Below, one piece after another: positions 50,088 through 57,287 of a DNA stretch of 64,000 nt. The stretch is from a bacterium. GTDB taxonomy: Bacteria > Patescibacteriota > Minisyncoccia > Moranbacterales > UBA1568. How positions within the stretch are numbered: the stretch's first letter is position 1; each line of letters begins with the position of its first letter. The stretch spans positions 404,349 to 468,348 of the forward strand of contig JAKACP010000001.1 of the NCBI GenBank assembly GCA_021821305.1. The letters run 5' to 3'. A program made the translations under genes and the position numbers. Under the pieces are notes generated by a model. The model saw nothing but the letters and a program-made list of their open reading frames with translations. It did not search any database and was not told the origin of the DNA.

Positions 50088-52072
50088 CACACCCAAACGA
50101 ACCGGGCTTCGGTCCGGATCCCACGGGATCGTCTTCGGGCGATTCCACCCACACCGCAACTCTCGCCGAAAGGAGAAGGGCAGTGAGATCCCATAAAGCG
50201 AAACGGGATCTCAAGCGTCTCGCTTGGATCCTGCTCGGCCTGGTGGCACTCATCGCGTTCCTCGTGTTTTTCGCGAAGCGTGATGACGTGGAGCCGCTTG
50301 TCTCGAAACCCATAACCCCTCCGGCCGCTACCCAAATGGCACCGGAAAAGGTCACGCCCGCCGAGGCCAAGCCCGCAAAGGCCGAACCCGAAGCGAAGCC
50401 GGAAGGAACGTACTACACGTTCCGCGACGGCGATCGGATGTTCCAATTGTTCGGAAAATCCGGGGCGTTGAAAGTTCAACAGGCCAACCCCGAACTGATC
50501 AAGGATATCAACAGGATCAGGAAGGGTGACACCGTCCTCGTGCCGGCAGACGTGAAGATTCACAAGATGCCGGCATTCCGTATCGTGGATTGCTCCAGGA
50601 CCAGAAAAGGGTTCTGCGAGTACAGGAATCCCGGCGGCGACAAGATGTGCGGTGTGCGGAGCCACGAGAAAGCTCTCACGAGTCCTCAGGAATACGGTCT
50701 TACCGCCGAACAAGCGGCGACCGTCATGGGTGACAAGGGCGAGCGCGTACTCCTCCCATCCGGGACGAGACTTTCCGCGCTTTCGTTCGGTCATGGCCAC
50801 TGGCAGGGCCCCGTCGTCCTCATGAAGGACATGTTGGCTCATCGCAAAGCGGTTATCGGCGGCAAAACGTACCTTGAGTTCGATGCCTGCTGTAACTTGG
50901 CCACCATGGAAGTTCCCCCGGAACCCGTACCGCTTGAACCCGAACCGATCCCAGAACCGCCTCCGGCTCCGGTCGAGGAACCACCACCCGTGATTCCGGA
51001 ACCTCCTCAAGAGCCGAAAGAGCCCGAGGAAGGACCGCCGCCCGTACCGCCGCTGTCCGCTTTCCCTGTCGAGAACGAACTCGAGTGGGAAGCGATCGTC
51101 GGTGCCGGTGTGTGGAACAACGGCCTCGCGAATGGCAAGTGGTGGTATGGTGAAGGACTGCTCTCGGTGAAGCTCGGAGACGGGTATTCGCTGGGCATCG
51201 GTCCTTTCTATGCCGCGGGCAAAGGCGAAAGCGAAACTTCCGCGTATACGTGGAGGGAGAGCACCGGTTGGGGCCCACAGGTCGGCTTGAAGCGGAACTA
51301 CCGCGCCGAGCAGACCGATGAGTTCGGACAGACCGTCCTCCTCCCGGCCGGCTGGCAGCTGAAAGCACGCTTCCTCTCGCATGACAAAGTGTCCGGCGGG
51401 AACCCCGAGTCCGGGTATCACAATACCCAGTGGGGCAAGAAGATCGGTGTCTACGGCGAGTACTTCGAGCGCAAGAGTCTTGATTGGCTCTATGGCGTGT
51501 CCGGAGAAATCTGGCACTACTATGACGGACGCATCCGGTCGACGTGGTCCGGGGACAAACCCCAGGATCGCGGCAGCTGGAACGCCAACGTCTATGCCCA
51601 GTATCGTATCAACGACGACTGGCAGGCACGGGGAATCGCAGGCGTGGCCCATCAGAATTGGGACCGCCTGAACTACCTCAACCTGACGGCCGAGATGCGG
51701 TATCGGGAAACCCTCATGTTCGGTCCTCGCCTGTCGCTCGCTCTCAACAAGCCCGACACGTACCGCGACATCGGTCGCGGCGACCTCACGACACTCGGCG
51801 CATTCGTGCGTCTCGAACTCGGCGGAATCATCCGCCAGAAAGATCGCGAAGTTCGCGAAGAGAGCGTGGTGTTCGTAGGACCGACGACCGATCCGGTGGA
51901 CGAGGGAGCAGTCGCTCCCGCCCCCATGAGCGCTTCTCCGGAAGCCGAAGGGGGGTACCTGCCTGTCGCCTATGAGGCTCCGCCCGTCGGAGCCGAGCAG
52001 GCGGTCGTCCCTGCTACGGAGAATCCGGAAGTGACGTCCTCTTGGGGACCGAGCTCGGACTCCGGGCCGTAA
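50084..52072 (+). CDS. Membrane-anchored protein: TM, LysM-like, Cys domain, Pro-rich linker, putative beta-barrel
   Basis: TM AWILLGLVALIAFLVFFA; YYTFRDGD..ANPELIKDINRIRKGDTVLVP (LysM-like); PEP repeats; amphipathic Trp/Tyr/Gly-rich strands. Confidence 0.75.
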   Translation: MTHPNEPGFGPDPTGSSSGDSTHTATLAERRRAVRSHKAKRDLKRLAWILLGLVALIAFLVFFAKRDDVEPLVSKPITPPAATQMAPEKVTPAEAKPAKAEPEAKPEGTYYTFRDGDRMFQLFGKSGALKVQQANPELIKDINRIRKGDTVLVPADVKIHKMPAFRIVDCSRTRKGFCEYRNPGGDKMCGVRSHEKALTSPQEYGLTAEQAATVMGDKGERVLLPSGTRLSALSFGHGHWQGPVVLMKDMLAHRKAVIGGKTYLEFDACCNLATMEVPPEPVPLEPEPIPEPPPAPVEEPPPVIPEPPQEPKEPEEGPPPVPPLSAFPVENELEWEAIVGAGVWNNGLANGKWWYGEGLLSVKLGDGYSLGIGPFYAAGKGESETSAYTWRESTGWGPQVGLKRNYRAEQTDEFGQTVLLPAGWQLKARFLSHDKVSGGNPESGYHNTQWGKKIGVYGEYFERKSLDWLYGVSGEIWHYYDGRIRSTWSGDKPQDRGSWNANVYAQYRINDDWQARGIAGVAHQNWDRLNYLNLTAEMRYRETLMFGPRLSLALNKPDTYRDIGRGDLTTLGAFVRLELGGIIRQKDREVREESVVFVGPTTDPVDEGAVAPAPMSASPEAEGGYLPVAYEAPPVGAEQAVVPATENPEVTSSWGPSSDSGP

Positions 52073-52161
52073 CAAGATCTCCTCTTGGGATATGCTCTAA
52101 CCGTTGTGTTTTCGACGTAGATATAATCGTCGGACGGTGAGAATCCCTGGAAAGCAATACC

Positions 52162-52201
52162 GAAGACCTGCGTTTGAGCTCATCGCAGGTCTTTTCTTTT
52201 T
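52162..52201 (+). terminator. Intrinsic terminator
   Basis: AAGACCTGCG...CGCAGGTCTT plus T tract. Confidence 0.75.
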
Positions 52202-52398
52202 CTCAATTTCTCGGTATTTTGCACATCACCTTACCCGGTGTCTCCCGTTTCCGACCGCACCCTCACCGCTCCCTGTTTTCTTTCCGGAAAATATTCCTCA
52301 CTCGACGGCATCCCGAGAATATTTTCCGGGAAAACAGGGGCTTGCTCAAGCAACGTGCGGTTCCCGGTGAACGGGAGACACCGGGTTGGTGATGGTGT
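52192..52398 (+). repeat. Structured intergenic repeat, copy 2
   Basis: Nested inverted repeats; 52248-52344 is identical to the reverse complement of the copy 3 core. Confidence 0.92.
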
Positions 52399-52438
52399 GG
52401 CACCGGTCGGGAGGCGGTCGTGGAAAGGTCACGGAGGC

Positions 52439-52467
52439 TTGACAAAAATAACAAAAAGGTGTATGAT
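52439..52467 (+). promoter_or_regulatory. Sigma70 promoter
   Basis: TTGACA-17 bp-TATGAT. Confidence 0.8.
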
Positions 52468-52546
52468 TGGATGTTCCTGAAGTTTGGAGTTCCTCCAAGC
52501 AGGGGAACGTCGTACGTTTCCAACCAGAGCCCAAGGAGGGTTTATC

Positions 52547-52954
52547 ATGAAGAAATTGTTCGTACTTGTCGCCCTGGCTGCCGCGTTCAGCGCTCAGGCC
52601 GCGACCCAGCAGTTCAACCCCAGTGTCGTCGTTTCGGCGACCATGGATGGAAAGGGCAATGCGGTTATTGCCTGGACCGACCCCATGCAGGTCAAGGCCA
52701 TCGAGCACTATGTCGGTCATGGAAAAAAAGGCGGGTTCGTCAACACGATCCCCGTCGGCTCGGCCAAACAGGTTGTCCTCAAGGACATCGCCAAGAACGG
52801 TGGGCGCTTCAATCTCGTCGGTACCAACGGCAAGTATCTGCACCTCGAGTGCGGCGGCAACCCGAATACCGTCATGCCTACCTTCAAAGGCCTGGGGAAC
52901 GACTGCTCGTTCGAAGTGAACGGCCAAAAAGTCGGCGCCCTGGTCGTCCAGTAA
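52547..52954 (+). CDS. Small secreted orphan protein (paralog A)
   Basis: SD AAGGAGG; signal peptide MKKLFVLVALAAAFSAQA; two Cys. Confidence 0.85.
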   Translation: MKKLFVLVALAAAFSAQAATQQFNPSVVVSATMDGKGNAVIAWTDPMQVKAIEHYVGHGKKGGFVNTIPVGSAKQVVLKDIAKNGGRFNLVGTNGKYLHLECGGNPNTVMPTFKGLGNDCSFEVNGQKVGALVVQ

Positions 52955-52973
52955 CTCTGGCAACTACGCGGCC

Positions 52974-53010
52974 AACCCTGATTCCGAACGGAGTCAGGGT
53001 TTTTGTTTTC
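52974..53010 (+). terminator. Intrinsic terminator
   Basis: AACCCTGATTCC-gaac-GGAGTCAGGGTT plus T tract. Confidence 0.75.
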
Positions 53011-53068
53011 TCGTTTTTTTGTCGCGCAGATCCGGAGAGGTCTCCGATATGGCGCAGAATTTTCCCTC

Positions 53069-53097
53069 TTGACAAAAATCGAAAAAAGGCGTATGGT
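53069..53097 (+). promoter_or_regulatory. Sigma70 promoter, near-duplicate of the one at 52439
   Basis: TTGACAAAAATCGAAAAAAGGCGTATGGT, 17-bp spacer. Confidence 0.75.
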
Positions 53098-53185
53098 GAA
53101 GCGTCCACCTCATGGGCCCTATAGAAAAGCCATGGGTGTGGACACACGCCCCTGTCCATTAACATTCTTCTATAGGAGGTCAATC

Positions 53186-53623
53186 ATGACCAAACTTTTT
53201 TCTTTTCTCCTCTCCGCGTTCGTGGCTTCCGCCGCATTCGCATTCGCCGCTCCCGCGAGCGCCGATACCTTCGATGTTCCATCGAGCGCACGTCTTTCGT
53301 GCAAAGCGAACGGTGACGGAAGCTACACGGTTTCCTGGACCGGCGTCACGCTCGACACCATCGAGCACTTCCACGGCGTCAAAACCGCCGGGTGGAAGAC
53401 CCCGATCGTCCTCAATGGTGCCAAAGTGGCTCATTTCAAAGGTGGCAACCCGCGTTTCAACGGGCTGCATAAGGGCCTGTGGATGCTGTGGGAGTGCAGC
53501 GCGCAGACCCCGAAAGGCGTCTTGGCAAAAGGCGACCCCCGCCTCAAAGGCATCGGTATCGCCTGCGACTGGCTCGACCCGGCCGACGGGCAGCCCAAAG
53601 CTGCTCTGGAGTGCGTTCGTTAA
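53186..53623 (+). CDS. Small secreted orphan protein (paralog B)
   Basis: SD AGGAGG; signal peptide ending APASA; shares WT..IEH..G.AK..RFN..EC pattern with paralog A. Confidence 0.85.
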   Translation: MTKLFSFLLSAFVASAAFAFAAPASADTFDVPSSARLSCKANGDGSYTVSWTGVTLDTIEHFHGVKTAGWKTPIVLNGAKVAHFKGGNPRFNGLHKGLWMLWECSAQTPKGVLAKGDPRLKGIGIACDWLDPADGQPKAALECVR

Positions 53624-53641
53624 GAACGCTTTTCCCTCCAC

Positions 53642-53682
53642 GACCCCTCGTTCGCATAATGCGTCGAGGGGTTGATTTTTTT
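53642..53682 (+). terminator. Intrinsic terminator
   Basis: GACCCCTCG...CGAGGGGTT plus T tract. Confidence 0.65.
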
Positions 53683-53734
53683 GTATGAATATGGTATGGT
53701 ATACTGTCCTATAAATGACATCGCACGGCAGCCT

Positions 53735-55204
53735 ATGAACATGTTTTCCAGCGCCGACAAGGAATCGGAGATGCGGGCGTTCGTTCTCCTCGCGTTGCTC
53801 CTCGGCGGCTATTCGCTCGCCAACGTGCTCGTCGGTCCGTTTTGGCCGGCTTTCTTCGGGCTCGTCGTTCCCGCGGCCGTCCTCGCGTTCCTCTATCCGC
53901 GCGCGGGACTGTTCGTATCCGTCGCGATGACGGTGTTCTTCGAGCGGTTCTACACTCTCTCGCCGCTTGTCATCGGTGAAGCGCAGTACAAGGTCTACGC
54001 CCTCGATGCGGTGCTTGCGGCGTCGTTCGTCTCGGCATTGCTCCTGTGGATGCGGGAAGGGAAACGGTTTTCCCGGTTCCGCTCGTCCGATTGGCTACTC
54101 CTCTCGTTTTTTGGCATCGTGACGGCCATCTTTCTTTTCGAACTTCTCGTGCCTTCGGAGACGAACGTCGCGACGGCGTTTTCCACGTGGAAGAACTACG
54201 TATTCTACGGAGCGCTCTTTTTCCTCGTATCATACGGTCTGCGGACGCGGGATGATATCTTTTTCTTCGCACGGCTCTTCCTGTGGAGCATCGCGGCCGC
54301 CGGTATCTTTCTCCTTATCGGTATCGCGCGCGGTGGGGGATTGTGGACCGAATACACACCGCTCTCGACCGCGGGGACGCGGTTCCTCGCGTTTCCGCAC
54401 GCGTTCTACTTCTCGCTCGGCTTCCTCTCCATATTCTTCTCGTCGCCGTTCTGGCTTGTCGATCCGCGACGGAGCCGTCTTCTCTTCTGGCTCTCGGCCG
54501 TGCTCATCGCCGGCATACTCGGATCGCTCATGCGGCACCTGTGGCTCGGCATCGGCGGAGCCATGGTCTTCGGCTTCCTCTTCTTTCCGTCGGAATACAG
54601 AAGGGCGTTCATCCGTACGGCCCTGCCGTTTCTCGCCGTGGCCGCATCGTCCCTGCTCATTTTCTGGAGCGCGCTCGCGCTTTTTCCGCAGAGCGATATC
54701 CGCGGCGATACGCGATACGTCGCGGACATCCTTTCGGAGCGGATCTTCTCGATCGGCAACCGATACGATGAGAGCCTGGCCTGGCGCGAAGGCGTATGGA
54801 CGAGCGCGATGGCGGAGTTCCGACGGAGCCCGATTTTCGGTATCGGGTTCGGCGCGCAGGTCCCCGTCGAGCTCGGCGACTACCGGTCCTACGTCGAGGT
54901 CCGCAACATGCACAACTCCTGGCTCGCGATGCTCATACAGACCGGCCTCGTGGGTGCGGCGGTCTTTCTCGGATTCCTCGTATCGCTTTGTCTCACGTTG
55001 TTCCGGGCCCACTCCGGCGACCGGTTCTTCGGTGCCATGAAATACGGACTTATGGGGCTCATCGTCTTCCAGTGCCTCGTCTTCTTTTCCCAGCCGTATC
55101 TCGAGACGAATCTTCTCGGCATCTTCTTCTGGATCACGCTCGGAGTGGCGCGGGCGGTGACCGATATGCCGAAAAGTAAGCCGGCCCAGCGAATTGGAAA
55201 TTAG
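53735..55204 (+). CDS. O-antigen ligase/Wzy-like membrane protein
   Basis: Many TM helices; R.GVW, PIFGIGFG and HNSWLAML.QTGLVG motifs. Confidence 0.85.
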   Translation: MNMFSSADKESEMRAFVLLALLLGGYSLANVLVGPFWPAFFGLVVPAAVLAFLYPRAGLFVSVAMTVFFERFYTLSPLVIGEAQYKVYALDAVLAASFVSALLLWMREGKRFSRFRSSDWLLLSFFGIVTAIFLFELLVPSETNVATAFSTWKNYVFYGALFFLVSYGLRTRDDIFFFARLFLWSIAAAGIFLLIGIARGGGLWTEYTPLSTAGTRFLAFPHAFYFSLGFLSIFFSSPFWLVDPRRSRLLFWLSAVLIAGILGSLMRHLWLGIGGAMVFGFLFFPSEYRRAFIRTALPFLAVAASSLLIFWSALALFPQSDIRGDTRYVADILSERIFSIGNRYDESLAWREGVWTSAMAEFRRSPIFGIGFGAQVPVELGDYRSYVEVRNMHNSWLAMLIQTGLVGAAVFLGFLVSLCLTLFRAHSGDRFFGAMKYGLMGLIVFQCLVFFSQPYLETNLLGIFFWITLGVARAVTDMPKSKPAQRIGN

Positions 55205-55215
55205 AGATTAGCGTC

Positions 55216-56394
55216 ATGCGCATACTCGAAGTCAACAAATTCTATTATCCGAGGCGGGGAGCCGAACGGCATTTCCTCGATCTCATCGCGCTCCTCGAAT
55301 CGCACGGCCACGAGGTGGCCGTCTTCGCCATGGACGATCCGCGGAATGTTTCCGGGAAGTATGCGAAATACGCCGTGAGCGCCGTCGGATACAACCGGGA
55401 CGATTCGACACGGTGGCAACGGATCGTCGGGATAGGGCGGCTCTTCTGGTCGTTCGAGGCCCGGGCGAAGATGCGGGCCCTGCTCGACGAGTTCCGCCCG
55501 GACATCGTCCATATCCACAACGCCTACCACCAGCTCTCGCTCTCGTTCCTGCCCGTCATCCGCAGGCGCGGGGTTCCGATCATGCAGACCGTCCATGACT
55601 ATCACCTGATCTCGCCCGACAAGGACGAGTACCATTCGTCCGTCGGCCGCGCGTACTGGAAGTTTCTCTTCGTGCCGAAATACGGCTTCGGCAAGCGTCT
55701 CCTCCTCGTGCTCAAATCCTATTGGGAGCGGCTCTGGGGATTCCGGGACATGGTGGACGTCTATATTGCGCCGAGCCGGTTCGTCGAAGAGACGCTCGTG
55801 CGAGGCGGCATCCCCGGATCGAAGATCACCGTCATTCCGCATTTCATCTCCTCTTCGCCGGCCGTCGTTTCCGAAGCGGAACCATCGGAACCGTACGCGC
55901 TCTACTTCGGCGGCATCACCGAGGAAAAGAATATCCGCGAGCTCGCGGCGATCTTCGAGAAACTCAGATTCCGACTCGTGCTCGCGGGTAGCCGCCGCAT
56001 GGATATTCCCCAAGGACCGTACGTGGACTCTGTCGGCGAAAAGACGGAGGACGAACTCAAGGCGCTCATCGCCGGGTCGTCGTTCGTCGTGTCCGCTTCG
56101 CGACTACCGGAAACGTTCGGGCTCATCGTGCTCGAGGCGAATATCCAGGGGAAGCCGTTTCTCGGGTATCGGACCGGCGCGTTCCCCGAGCTTGTCGACA
56201 ATGACAGGAACGGTTGGCTTGCGGTAAACAAGGGAGAGTTCGAGCTTTTTGTGACTCGGTTCGTGAAAGGAGAAATGAGGGCGATGGAACCGGAGGCGAT
56301 ACGGCGCGCGGCTTTGGAAAAATACGGGGCCGATACCTATCTCGGGAAGTTTTCTTCCATAGTCCGGTCGATACGGCGGAGTGAGTCTGCCTAA
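55216..56394 (+). CDS. Glycosyltransferase family 4
   Basis: MRILEVNKFYY.RRGAE and ETFGLIVLEA motifs. Confidence 0.9.
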   Translation: MRILEVNKFYYPRRGAERHFLDLIALLESHGHEVAVFAMDDPRNVSGKYAKYAVSAVGYNRDDSTRWQRIVGIGRLFWSFEARAKMRALLDEFRPDIVHIHNAYHQLSLSFLPVIRRRGVPIMQTVHDYHLISPDKDEYHSSVGRAYWKFLFVPKYGFGKRLLLVLKSYWERLWGFRDMVDVYIAPSRFVEETLVRGGIPGSKITVIPHFISSSPAVVSEAEPSEPYALYFGGITEEKNIRELAAIFEKLRFRLVLAGSRRMDIPQGPYVDSVGEKTEDELKALIAGSSFVVSASRLPETFGLIVLEANIQGKPFLGYRTGAFPELVDNDRNGWLAVNKGEFELFVTRFVKGEMRAMEPEAIRRAALEKYGADTYLGKFSSIVRSIRRSESA

Positions 56395-56471
56395 GGCCGT
56401 TTGCCAGAAATTCGCTCTCGCGTTGTAATACGGGGTAGAAGCGGTTCTTTCACATTCATGGAGGGTTTGTC

Positions 56472-56705
56472 ATGACTTCGATGACTTCGCGTGGGGCCCT
56501 CCCGATCAGGGGCCTGATGAAACTGATCGTCTTCCTGGTGTTGCTCGCCGCGCTTATCTGGCACTTCGTTCTGGAATACGAACGATACGCGGAAGGCGAG
56601 TTCCTCAAGAAAATCTATCAGGAATCGGTCCAGAGGATGAAATTTCTCGACGACTGTGATTGTGTCAAACGATTGAAGCCCTCACCGACGGACACGATAG
56701 GGTGA
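56472..56705 (+). CDS. Small single-TM orphan protein
   Basis: SD GGAGG; weak upstream promoter (TTGCCA at 56401); one TM and a CDC motif. Confidence 0.6.
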   Translation: MTSMTSRGALPIRGLMKLIVFLVLLAALIWHFVLEYERYAEGEFLKKIYQESVQRMKFLDDCDCVKRLKPSPTDTIG

Positions 56706-56769
56706 AGGAGTTCGATCAAGTCAGGCGGGTGCATGGAAATATGCCCCGCCTTTCTCTTCGTTCAGGGTC

Positions 56770-56798
56770 TTGACATGATCCATCTTTCGGTATATATT
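56770..56798 (+). promoter_or_regulatory. Sigma70 promoter
   Basis: TTGACA-17 bp-TATATT. Confidence 0.7.
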
Positions 56799-56835
56799 GT
56801 GGCCATCGATGTTCTTTTCTTGAAGGGAGACTCTC

Positions 56836-57045
56836 ATGGCTACACAGCTCAAACGGAAGGGAATCTTCCTTCTCGGGGTTCTCGTCGGTGCGGCACTCTC
56901 GGTTTCGGCCGGAATCGTCGATATGGAACGGACGCCCCAGGCTCCGGACGTGATCATCTACGGACCGATACCGTCGGACATCACGCCGACCCTCAAATAC
57001 GATTACGTTCCCATCCACGCTGAGAACGATCACGTGTTCACCTGA
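56836..57045 (+). CDS. Small secreted orphan protein (69 aa)
   Basis: Own promoter, SD AAGGGAG, signal-like LLGVLVGAALSVSA, terminator downstream. Confidence 0.65.
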   Translation: MATQLKRKGIFLLGVLVGAALSVSAGIVDMERTPQAPDVIIYGPIPSDITPTLKYDYVPIHAENDHVFT

Positions 57046-57059
57046 AAGGTGGAAAACCG

Positions 57060-57095
57060 AAAGCGGAAAGGACAAATCCTTTCCGCTTTTTCTTT
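57060..57095 (+). terminator. Intrinsic terminator
   Basis: AAAGCGGAAAGGA-caaa-TCCTTTCCGCTTT plus T tract. Confidence 0.8.
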
Positions 57096-57104
57096 GTTCC
57101 ACTT

Positions 57105-57260
57105 CGAACGGTGCATCACATGTGCCGGGAACCGCGCATTGTTTGAACAAGCCCCTGTTTTCCCGGAAAATATTCTCGGGATGCCGTCGAGTGAGGAATA
57201 TTTTCCGGAAAGAAAACAGGGAGCGGTGAGGGTGCGGTCGGAAATGGGATGCACCGTTCG
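57105..57260 (-). repeat. Structured intergenic repeat, copy 3 (inverted)
   Basis: Reverse complement of the copy 2 core; own closing stem CGAACGGTGCATC/GATGCACCGTTCG. Confidence 0.92.
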
Positions 57261-57287
57261 GTCAATGGATGATCCTTCGGCTTGAGG

